A stretch of 55,692 nucleotides of DNA from Octopus bimaculoides (Eukaryota), in NCBI RefSeq assembly GCF_001194135.2, contig NC_069001.1, positions 38,846,536 to 38,902,227 on the forward strand, given 5' to 3'. Below the pieces are notes generated by a model. The model saw only the letters and a program-made list of their open reading frames with translations, made no database searches and was not told the origin of the DNA. A program made the translations under genes and the position numbers. Shown here in pieces: positions 24,351 through 34,466 of this stretch. Within the stretch, counting starts at the first letter, position 1, and each line of letters begins with the position of its first letter.

Positions 24351-25602
24351 AGTACAAAATTTGAACATCTTGTTCAAATTGCAGAACAATGAACATCTTT
24401 TTGCAGAACAAAACACATTTTAAAAAACCAGACAATGACATACACTAGACTTCTTTTGTTGTTGACATACACTAGACTTCTTTTGTTGTTTGCAAAACTT
24501 TTTAGTTTTCATTTTGAAGAAATAATTTAACAGAAAGAAACTCAATTTTATTTTTTACAATGCATGATTGACCAATGACCCAGGAAATTAAAGGCACACA
24601 CCCACATAATTAGTAATTTGTATAAACTTTATAATTTCTCTGAAAAAGCGAAGACTGGTCGAACGAACGAATAAAGGTAAGTAAGAAATGTTCTTTAAAT
24701 GTAAATTTTGAATTTAGTTTTAGTTATATAAATGAACATATCTTCAAATGTTTTTATTATTTAAACACATAAACACACTATACGATCATGTAATCAGTAT
24801 GCATGAGCGCAACGACTGGAAGTTGTTGCGTACTTGTACCGAAAGATCGCCAAATATCTATTTTAAAAAAAAAAACAACCCCAAAACCAACTCGGATCCT
24901 GTATGCGAAATTGCCACCCATTCCCATAAGCTAATTTTGTCCCTAATCAATCATAACTAAAGACTAATTTTAATCCAATCGGTCTCATCTTATTAATCAC
25001 GACTCTTGGTAGTTTCCTATTTTACTGTCGTAAAGTCAACTTAGGACAGAAATTGCATCAACCCGAGCATTCTTGTTGCGCTGAACCTCACCAGAAATGT
25101 CTTTCCGAGAGAAGTCGTAGGACTTAGCAAAATTGATAAAAGGATGGTTTTGGACAAATATGGAGATGGCTGGTTTCGAACCAATAGCCTTGGTTTTTGC
25201 ACCGTTGTTAATATCTAGTTTAGCACCCGTCCCGCTACACACAAAATAAGTGCGGTAATTTTTCAGAAAAATTAGCATTTTGACCTGAGGCTCTCCAAGA
25301 TTTTGAATTAGAAACAATCAGAGACAAGGGAGTGAGGTTGGAAAAGAAATCTAATTTTCAAAATGTTTTTTTCCAATAGAATAAATATGTTTAAGGAAAA
25401 AAAATATTGAAAAAACATGAATACATTATTACAAAAGTGAGAAAGAAGCGAGGAGGGTTGTCATGGGATGAACTAGAAACAACAGCCAAATCTCCCTTAA
25501 ATTACACTTTACCGAAAAGGCTCAGGCGATTGTTTTTAAGTGCAAATAAATTGGCCAAAATTGGTCCAGAGGGGAGTAAAAAAAAAATATATATATATAT
25601 AT

Positions 25603-25920
25603 ACTCTCTTTTACTTGTCTCAGTCATTTGACTGCGGCCATGCTGGGGCACCGCCTTTAGTCGAGCAAATCGACCCTAGGACTTATTCTTTGTAAGCCTA
25701 GTACTTATTCTATCGGTCTCTTTTGCCGAACTGCTAAGTTACGTGGACGTAAACACACCAGCATCTGTTGTCAAGCGATGTTGGGGGGACAAACACAGAC
25801 ACAAACATATATATATACATATATACGACGGTCTTCTTTCAGTTTGCGTCTACGAAATCCACTCAAAAGGCTTTGGTCGGCCCGAGGCTATAGTAGAAGA
25901 CACTTGCCCAAGGTGCCATT
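25603..25920 (-). mobile_element. SINE family B copy, near-intact, truncated by the N-gap
   Basis: ctcttttacttgtctcagtcatttgactgcggccatgctggggcaccgcctttagtcgagc ... gctatagtagaagacacttgcccaaggtgcc. Confidence 0.75.
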
Positions 25921-26289
25921 CGTATATATATATATATATATATATNNNNNNNNNNNNNNNNNNNNNNNNNNNNNNNNNNNNNNNNNNNNNNNNNNNNNNN
26001 NNNNNNNNNNNNNNNNNNNNNNNNNNNNNNNNNNNNNNNNNNNNNNNNNNNNNNNNNNNNNNNATTCCACTGACTTCCTAAGATGCTGCAAAACCCTTTT
26101 GGAAGTCCGAAAACGGGGTCGGGGTGAGGTAGAAGCCTCGGAAATTGTACCCACTCCCAACATTTTACAGAAATAAATTTTCCAGACTAAATTACATGGT
26201 TCGTTATTAAATGAGAATGTGACATCTATATTGTGTATAATCTATATATATATATAATAGCGTGTATGAGTTATGTATGTATACATGTA

Positions 26290-26893
26290 AAAATTCACCA
26301 ACAAAGTGCTACTTACCTCTTTGCTGTCAAATAAATGGATTAATAATCAACAAAACACACTTTTTTTGCTCGACTCAGCTTTATACCAACGTTTTAGGGG
26401 GAAAAACAAAACAAAACCCTTTCGTGCATAAAATAATTTGTGTGTGTGTGTGTGAGAGAGAGAGAGGAAGGAAGGAAGCTGAACGATGTCACATTCTCTG
26501 ATATATATATGTATATATATAAATATATAAGTAAACAAACGAACCATGTGTTGTTATCCACGCCCTGGGAAATTTATTTCCGTCAACCGTATTGTTTTCT
26601 CAAACACACAAGATATTGGTCTATAAATTAAGGATGTTTTTGAAAGATACCATATTTTGTCATCAGAAAATATATACTCTCTCACAACAATTAAGATCTA
26701 TTTATTTTAAATCGTTCGTCTTTCTTCCCCTGTGCACACACACAAATTATTTTATGCACGAAAGGGTTTTGTCTTGTTTTTTCCCCTAAAACGTTAAAAT
26801 AAAGCTGAGTCGAGCAAAAAAAGTGTGTTTTGTTGAGTATTAATCCATTTATTTGACAGCAAAGAGGTAAGTAGCACTTTGTCGGTGAATTTT
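26290..26893. repeat. 159-bp near-perfect inverted repeat (26290-26448 / 26735-26893) with a 286-bp spacer
   Basis: Direct comparison by eye gives about 7 mismatches in 159 nt. Confidence 0.9.
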
Positions 26894-27489
26894 GGTCTGA
26901 AAAATTACCTGTTTTNNNNNNNNNNNNNNNNNNNNNNNNNNNNNNNNNNNNNNNNNNNNNNNNNNNNNNNNNNNNNNNNNNNNNNNNNNNNNNNNNNNNN
27001 NNNNNNNNNNNNNNNNNNNNNNNNNNNNNNNNNNNNNNNNNNNNNNNNNNNNNNNNNNNNNNNNNNNNNNNNNNNNNNNNNNNNNNNNNNNNNNNNNNNN
27101 NNNNNNNNNNNNNNNNNNNNNNNNNNNNNNNNNNNNNNNNNNNNNNNNNNNNNNNNNNNNNNNNNNNNNNNCAAAACGGAGAAATTCCAACTTATGTGGT
27201 CTTCTTGACGAAACTCTTATTCCCACCCCCAGTCCGGAAAAATTTCCCCCACAAGTTTCTTTATAATCGTAATCTATGTCGTTTGAAAGGTATTTATATA
27301 AAATTTCATTGAAAGATATCCATTTTCCTAAAAGCTATGAAGGAAAAAAATCGGATCATGTGAATTTTCCGAAATTCCTCTCCCCCACCCTTGGTTAATT
27401 TGCGCAAATTTTGGTTTTCAGGTTCGTTTACTACACATTTTTTTGTTGTTTTGGTGGGCCGGGTATTAAACTAGATATTAACTGTTTTA

Positions 27490-27590
27490 CCAGTGCATGT
27501 TGCACGCTCGGCACAGATGAGAATCCTTCAATAATCCACGGCGGTCACACCAAGAAAAATACAAGTCACTGAACGATGGAGCCATTGTTA
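27490..27590 (-). mobile_element. Possible N-terminal Zn-ribbon fragment of a Merlin/IS1595-like transposase
   Basis: FSWCDRRGLLKDSHLCRACNMHW (GLL..CxxC pattern), next to a repeat shared with the 22.7 kb region. Confidence 0.35.
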
Positions 27591-27984
27591 GAATTGTATG
27601 CCTTTCATTGATTACCTGCTGATCTGTAAGCATTTCCTTGCGATGCCCAATAAAACGAAGAGATGCAAGGAGGAGTCCACAAAGCATGCTAATCATGAAA
27701 ATAAAACTGATTCGATTTTACGAATTTAAAATAGGAAATTACCCGGCTCCATCATCATCATCATAATAATAATATATACATGAACGTTAGCTGAAGTATT
27801 TATGTAATGTGATGTCAGATTATTTTAAATATTCCATGCTTTTAATGAACAAAAGGCTTTCTTTTTTTCCTGTGGCGGAAATTGGAGTTTTTATTTCCTA
27901 AAATGAATGCGAGTCTTTTATGTTTTCAAACAGTCATTGGATCGGCTTCGAATTCATATAAATTGGCTGTTTTTAGTATTACTT

Positions 27985-28184
27985 CAAATTTTTTGCTACA
28001 AGGGCAGCTTGGGATGAGTCGATTACATCGACACCAGTGCGTAACTGGTACTTATTTTATCGACTCCGAAAGGATGAAAAGCTAAGTCGACCTCGGCGGA
28101 ATTTGAACTCCGAACGTAGCGACGGGCGAAATATCGCCAAGCATTTCGTCCAGCGCGCTAACGATTCTGCCAGCTCGGCGCCTT
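27985..28184 (-). mobile_element. SINE family A copy, CpG-intact
   Basis: aagtcgacctcggcggaatttgaactc...gctaacgattctgccagctcggcgcc. Confidence 0.75.
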
Positions 28185-29457
28185 CGTTGCTTTATTTCCT
28201 CATCTCGCATCATCATTATTATGAATCAATTCACTTCTTTATTTCCTGTCAGTTGTCTGGACAAAAGGTTTAAGGGTGAGTGATGCTCCCCATCCCCTCA
28301 GAAACCGGTTCAAACTATCGAGTAGGGATTCACAAGCTATTAGAAGTACGTTGTCTTGTGTTTTGTAACTAAGTGTTCCTTCTGGGTCCCAGTTACTGCA
28401 GCACCCCCAACGTGTCCTACATGAAGGTGATATCGAGGGCAGGGGCCTATGTGAATAGAAGACCAGAGACAGCTGAGAAAATTTAAAACAGAAGAATTCC
28501 ACGTAATATAATGGCAATATTTCGGTATTGGTAGACGTCATTCATTTCTTATTCAGCCTAACCTCTATCTACGTCACCGGGGGAAACTGGGAGTGAACGA
28601 CGTCGTCTACTAATACCGAAAGATCGCCGGAATTTTCTACAAATGCGCATAAGGTCGTGAAGATACCGATTATATCGAAATTTAATCTGAGTAAAAAACA
28701 ACACACATCACATTTTCTACAAAATGAAACTTGAAAATTCACCCACCCGCAACAAACAGAAATGTGTGTGCGTGCTCATCATTCGTCTTTTCAGAACAAA
28801 TTCCCTACATAACCAGAATCTACACACACTGAAGTGTATTTGTAGAAAATTTCATTCCAAGATATTAATTTTTCTGAAAGTTATCAGGAAACAAAATGTG
28901 ATGGGGGAAAACTTGTGTAGATCTGCTAAATTGCAGGTTATTCAATATTTTATGCAAACAAACGATCTGCCGCGTTCAGCCGGTTTACAAATAAATCATT
29001 TTATTTTAATGACTTAGATTAATTAAAGCGAGTTAATCACCGTTTTATGGTATATTACTTAATTAACACATCTTTGAATTTTTGTAGACCTTCAACAATT
29101 CCACGTGTGTAATCCATGTAAATAATGATTAACGAGACAACGAAAGAATCAAGGATTAATTAATTAAAACTAATTAAACTGACTTCGATACTGCTCTATT
29201 ATAAAACACCCTACATTTTCCTTGTACCAATCATAAGACTGCGGCCACGCTGGGGCACCGACTTGTAAAGTTAGTCGAACGCTTTTCACGTGCCACCACA
29301 GGAATGCTTTTATTCTATCGGTTTCTTTAGCCGAACTGCTATGTTATGAGGACAAACAAAAGCACATAAATACGACAGATACCCACACAGTTTCAGTTTA
29401 CCAAATGACGAGTTGGTCACGAGTGGAATGTCTTCAACAACACTAGTACAATGCCGT

Positions 29458-29551
29458 TGCGGCGGAGGTAAAGAATACGTACACCACCCGTTTTCGCCGC
29501 CGTAACCCTAACCCTAAACACCGGGTGTGCGTATTCTTTACCTTCACCGCA
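29458..29551. repeat. 94-bp palindromic element with 28-bp arms and a telomeric (TAACCC)-type core
   Basis: tgcggcggaggtaaagaatacgtacacc / ggtgtgcgtattctttaccttcaccgca (25/28 complementary); the loop contains taaccctaaccctaa. Confidence 0.8.
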
Positions 29552-30217
29552 GTGGACATGTGGTTGTTATTTCCAGCAGATCGAGTGTCCATGTAGAAGG
29601 TTCCCTGTTAGTTGAGGTGAGTCTGTCACCAACTTGTTTAACCCTAGGAATCTCTGGTCCAGTAGACCTATAAAATAATCCCTTCCTCTATCAGCACAAT
29701 TCCAGCAGCTTTAGGGGATGGGGCTAGTCGATTAGATCAACCCCAGTGCTCAACAAGCCCTTTATTTCATACAACCCCGAAAGGATGAAAAGCAAATTCG
29801 GCAGAATTTAAACACACAGCGTTATACTGATCGATTTACCGCCTCCCTCAAAATTGCAGGCCTTGTGCAAAAATGTGAAATCAATATTTACATGGAATCG
29901 AAGGCGACGTGCTGGCAGATTCGTTAGCACGCCGGACAAAATGCTTAACGGCATGTCGTCCGTCTTTACGTTCGGAGTTTTAATTCCAATTCGGTCAAGT
30001 TTGCTTCTTAGCCTTTCGGGGTCGATAAAAATAAGGGTGCACTCCACCATAAGGGTGGAGCTAGACAACAGCCATCCCCCATCCCCAAAAAACCGAACTT
30101 TTGGAATTTTTTTTTTCTCAGTGGATTTCTAGGTTTTCGTTGACGAAAGATTCCGAATATACAAAAAAAAAAATCACGTTTTCAAAATTTTTAATTTCAA
30201 TNNNNNNNNNNAAATTT

Positions 30218-30562
30218 ATCCACACACCCCTCGCCACCCAGCAAAAAAGGATGCGCGTGTGCAACAATCTTTACAGCTCACTGAAAATGATCGGATGAAA
30301 CAAGTGAAACAGCATACCTGTAATATACGTCGGTCTTGTAGTTTCGCTTTAAAGGGTAAACTATTCTCATAGAAGCAAACACTATATTAAATAATTCTCC
30401 GTCATACTCTTTTACTTGTTTCAGTCATTTGACTGCGGCCATACTGGGGCACCACCTTTAGTCGAGCATACGTCCACTAAAAACTTTAACATACTTCCAA
30501 AATGGGATTTCATCCATGATCGTCCACGTGCGTCTGTGCTGGGTGGCGAGGGGTGTGTGGAT
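30218..30562. repeat. Perfect 26-bp inverted repeat flanking about 290 bp that includes a SINE B fragment
   Basis: atccacacacccctcgccacccagca (30218-30243) / tgctgggtggcgaggggtgtgtggat (30537-30562). Confidence 0.85.
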
Positions 30563-30903
30563 CAAATCTGAAGTTTTTCATATAAAATTTGAAATTAATT
30601 TTTTGCTTACCATATTGTTAATCTTCGCGCCAAAGCAGCCAACATACAAAATACATATACACACACACACACACACACGATGGTTCCAATACAAAGTACT
30701 CGTTTTACCAAAATCCTTTAAAAGGATTTTACAAAAAAATCTACAGAAATCTTAAACACGAAAATATAAAACAGTTTTTTGATAATATATTTTAGACAAA
30801 AACAAAATGGAAAGGAATAATAAACTCAGGAAAAAAGAACAGATAATGTAGAAAATTATATACATACACACACATTATATATACACACATGTATATAATA
30901 TAA

Positions 30904-32613
30904 TTAAGGCGGCGCTCTATCAGGACATATTTCCGTCCAGGTAAGAAAAGTTTTGGAGTTGGCTAAAAACATAGCAGGAAGAAGGGCGTGGATATATAAA
31001 ACGGTATATTTTAATAGAAACACAACGAAAGAGGGTTGCTGGGGATGGTCAGGAGAAGGCAAAGTGTCCTGTTCAGTAGCGTTGGAGATACGGGAGTACC
31101 AGGTACTCAACCACTGGTCTTTGTATAGGGACTCGTAGAATAAACAGCTGATGGTAATTGAAACGCAAGTGGCAGAGACAACGGAGAAGAATCTGAACTT
31201 TCGCAACAAATCCCTTATTCGTCCATTGGTTTTTGAGATTCGAATCAGTGATATAAAAGCAGTGAGTCGAAATATAAGGCTGACGAGAAAATATAGAGTA
31301 TGCGGTAGTAGCAAGGATGCGATGAGGACGGTTGTGTTAAACAGACCCGTTTGACAAACGCCACTGAGGACATCTCCGCCGATATAACCATAGTTTAATA
31401 AAATAGACGTCTGCAGAATGGGGAGGCCCCATGATATGGAATGGTAATACAGATATTTCGCTTCGATTGCTTCCGAGCACCATTTCTTCGTAGCAGCTAG
31501 GAACCATACCAAACCAAAGATTACAGACCAAACGGAAGCAGCCATACTGAAGAAATAAACTAGAATAAAACTGAGGGTACAGATTCCGTTTTTTGTTCCT
31601 TGTCTGACTAAAGACACAAGTTGACATGTTTGATTGGGACACGATAGAGGGGCCATATCAATACATGCCACCGTGTCCCTGTAGAAGAAGGCAGCTAAAT
31701 AGTAGTTGAGTGAAACGAGCGAATAGCAAAAGGATTGGAATAAAACAACCCGTTGTGGGTATTGGAAACGTTGAATATTAATAAGGAATGTGACAGTGAC
31801 GAAGAAGCAGGGTATGAGGGCGAAAGACGAGAGAATACCGTTAAAAAGTCGAGCAAATTGTACCTGGGATTCTGTGAAAAACATGCCGATGCAGGGAGCC
31901 CCACAGTCCGGGATGATGAAGGATCCAATGATTAATTTATAATTTAGTTTGTCTGGTGTTCTGAGTTCCGGAGGGCAAAGTAATTGATGCTGGTGTTGTT
32001 TAGTATTGTTGTTGTTGTCGTTGGTGGTGGTGGTTGTGTCTTGTGACGAAGTTGTCTGTGGAAATGTTCTTTTCTCAGCTTCAGAAAAATGTGAAGAATG
32101 AGTTGTCAATCGATCAGTTCCCATTTTTGGACCGGTACACAGTCCCGAAGTGGGGAATCTCTTACAGCTTAAAAATTCCGGCCATTTGAAACCGAAAGAA
32201 TTCATCGTGTCTTCGCAGTCTTCTTGGACACGTTCACAGACTTTTCGACAAGGGGGCAAGACAAGGCTGTATTCCTCATTACAGGCAGGTGTATAAAGAA
32301 GACAAAGGAAGAACCGACCGTAGGGAGAACACTGCGACTCGATCAGCAGCAAGAATCCGTGCAGCCCGACCCTGGCTGCCTGTTGGTTCTGATCATTAAG
32401 GGGATTCGGAAACCCGGTCTGATTGTAGGGCAGGTCTTGACACAGACTAATGGCAATTGGTTCGCATTGAATGAGGTTCGCTCTTAACCAATGTCTTCGG
32501 AATGAAGTAATTGAAGGAGAAGAAACTACATGTTTACAGAGAATCATCAGAGAAACGAGGAATGAATAGTTAACCAACGTTTGATATGGCATTAAACACC
32601 GCGACATCGGCAT
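30904..32613 (-). CDS. FZD: Divergent Frizzled receptor (class F GPCR), single coding exon, 569 aa from ATG 32613; closest in motifs to FZD1/2/7 or FZD5/8, subfamily unresolved
   Basis: Uninterrupted ORF. Hydrophobic signal-like N-terminus; CRD with all 10 Cys (CEPI, CQD, QCSP, FFLC, YTPAC, PPCR, VCE, DCE, LSC, LCTG) and an NQT glycosylation site; linker CPPEL..DCGAPC; TM motifs TFLIN..RFQYPQR, YFFSMAASVW, WFLAA..KW..EAIE, GDVLSGVC, CLFYE, FLLKY; KTFLTW (KTxxxW). The ORF-track start at 32661 is a GTG; in-frame ATGs are at 32613, 32607 and 32592. Confidence 0.95.
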   Translation of the reverse strand: MPMSRCLMPYQTLVNYSFLVSLMILCKHVVSSPSITSFRRHWLRANLIQCEPIAISLCQDLPYNQTGFPNPLNDQNQQAARVGLHGFLLLIESQCSPYGRFFLCLLYTPACNEEYSLVLPPCRKVCERVQEDCEDTMNSFGFKWPEFLSCKRFPTSGLCTGPKMGTDRLTTHSSHFSEAEKRTFPQTTSSQDTTTTTNDNNNNTKQHQHQLLCPPELRTPDKLNYKLIIGSFIIPDCGAPCIGMFFTESQVQFARLFNGILSSFALIPCFFVTVTFLINIQRFQYPQRVVLFQSFCYSLVSLNYYLAAFFYRDTVACIDMAPLSCPNQTCQLVSLVRQGTKNGICTLSFILVYFFSMAASVWSVIFGLVWFLAATKKWCSEAIEAKYLYYHSISWGLPILQTSILLNYGYIGGDVLSGVCQTGLFNTTVLIASLLLPHTLYFLVSLIFRLTAFISLIRISKTNGRIRDLLRKFRFFSVVSATCVSITISCLFYESLYKDQWLSTWYSRISNATEQDTLPSPDHPQQPSFVVFLLKYTVLYIHALLPAMFLANSKTFLTWTEICPDRAPP

Positions 32614-32666
32614 TTCGGGGGTTAATTTCAGGGTGAAATGTTTTAAGTTAGAGAACCGCACATCGA

Positions 32667-32680
32667 CTGAGAAAAGATTT
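32667..32680 (-). promoter_or_regulatory. Probable 3' splice acceptor upstream of the Frizzled coding exon
   Basis: Minus strand reads aaatcttttctcag|TCGATGTGCGG, 53 nt upstream of ATG 32613. Confidence 0.45.
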
Positions 32681-33066
32681 ACACTTTCATTACATATGTA
32701 GGGGGAAGAAAGAAGGGGGTTAGAACCAGTATGGTGTCACACACACACACGGACACACAAACACACACACACACACACGAACACATTAATTGGCTGGTTG
32801 TGAGTGTGAAAGGCCATATTTATGGCTGGCAATGTTTAAAGTGAAGTTTAACCTCAATTTTCATCAACGTTTATTCGAAGTAATCGATGGACGAAGATGA
32901 AAGACAAGGACGACGACGACGATAGCCACAGGATGTTTTAATGTTAACGAATTAAATACGGCGTTTGATTTAAATAACGTTGGCTTCGTTGTTTAGGGGC
33001 TGAAGGGGGCCAACACTGTTGAAAAGATATACTTAATAAACGATGGATACGTGCGTGCGTGCATGT

Positions 33067-33105
<39 letters not shown>

Positions 33106-34466
33106 TACGCGTAAAACAAATAAATATAACATGGACAAGGATCGTTACATTTACTACACGAACATACTTTTATCTTATTGATTTATACATCTATCTATCT
33201 ATCTATCTACCTCTCTCTCTCTCTCTCTCTATCTGTTTTTGCTCTCTCTATCCTCTTTAAAACCCCTTTTCTCTTTCTCTTTGGCAAGCCTTCTCGCTTT
33301 GCTACCACCTGTTCACACACACACACACACACNNNNNNNNNNNNNNNNNNNNNNNNNNNNNNNNNNNNNNNNNNNNNNNNNNNNNNNNNNNNNNNNNNNN
33401 NNNNNNNNNNNNNNNNNNNNNNNNNNNNNNNNNNNNNNNNNNNNNNNNNNNNNNNNNNNNNNNNNNNNNNNNNNNNNNNNNNNNNNNNNNNNNNNNNNNN
33501 NNNNNNNNNNNNNNNNNNNNNNNNNNNNNNNNNNNNNNNNNNNNNNNNNNNNNNNNNNNNNNNNNNNNNNNNNNNNNNNNNNNNNNNNNNNNNNNNNNNN
33601 NNNNNNNNNNNNNNNNNNNNNNNNNNNNNNNNNNNNNNNNNNNNNNNNNNNNNNNNNNNNNNNNNNNNNNNNNNNNNNNNNNNNNNNNNNNNNNNNNNNN
33701 NNNNNNNNNNNNNNNNNNNNNNNNNNNNNNNNNNNNNNNNNNNNNNNNNNNNNNNNNNNNNNNNNNNNNNNNNNNNNNNNNNNNNNNNNNNNNNNNNNNN
33801 NNNNNNNNNNNNNNNNNNNNNNNNNNNNNNNNNNNNNNNNNNNNNNNNNNNNNNNNNNNNNNNNNNNNNNNNNNNNNNNNNNNNNNNNNNNNNNNNNNNN
33901 NNNNNNNNNNNNNNNNNNNNNNNNNNNNNNNNNNNNNNNNNNNNNNNNNNNNNNNNNNNNNNNNNNNNNNNNNNNNNNNNNNNNNNNNNNNNNNNNNNNN
34001 NNNNNNNNNNNNNNNNNNNNNNNNNNNNNNNNNNNNNNNNNNNNNNNNNNNNNNNNNNNNNNNNNNNNNNNNNNNNNNNNNNNNNNNNNNNNNNNNNNNN
34101 NNNNNNNNNNNNNNNNNNNNNNNNNNNNNNNNNNNNNNNNNNNNNNNNNNNNNNNNNNNNNNNNNNTATATATATATATATATATATCAATAGTTATCGC
34201 CAAGCCAACATGGCAGTCCAGGAAAATAGGACGAATGCTGCCGTTGGTTAGCTCCAAGAGGCCTTCACCTCTAGCTCGCTATGTGACCACACGAACCTGT
34301 GTCCATTATAACCTTCGAACGGAGGAGGTCTGTATACACACGCAGAGAGAGAGAAAGGAAGAGAGAGGGTAGGTGGTAAAGTTGATAAGCGTAGGGTTGA
34401 GGCAATTTACATTTGAGTACAAAATACAGATTATAAAATAAAGAAAGAATATATAACGAAAGGCAT

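Noticed and set aside
24660-24690. Strong donor AAAG|gtaagt with a nearby CCAAT
   Set aside because: Lies within the transposon nest; no downstream exon identified.
32224-32487. 87-aa + strand ORF and other short ORFs overlapping Frizzled
   Set aside because: Antisense shadows of the Frizzled CDS with no independent motifs.
30904-32613. Idea that the intronless Frizzled is a retrocopy
   Set aside because: Single-exon coding regions are normal for several FZD subfamilies; no polyA tract or TSD was seen.
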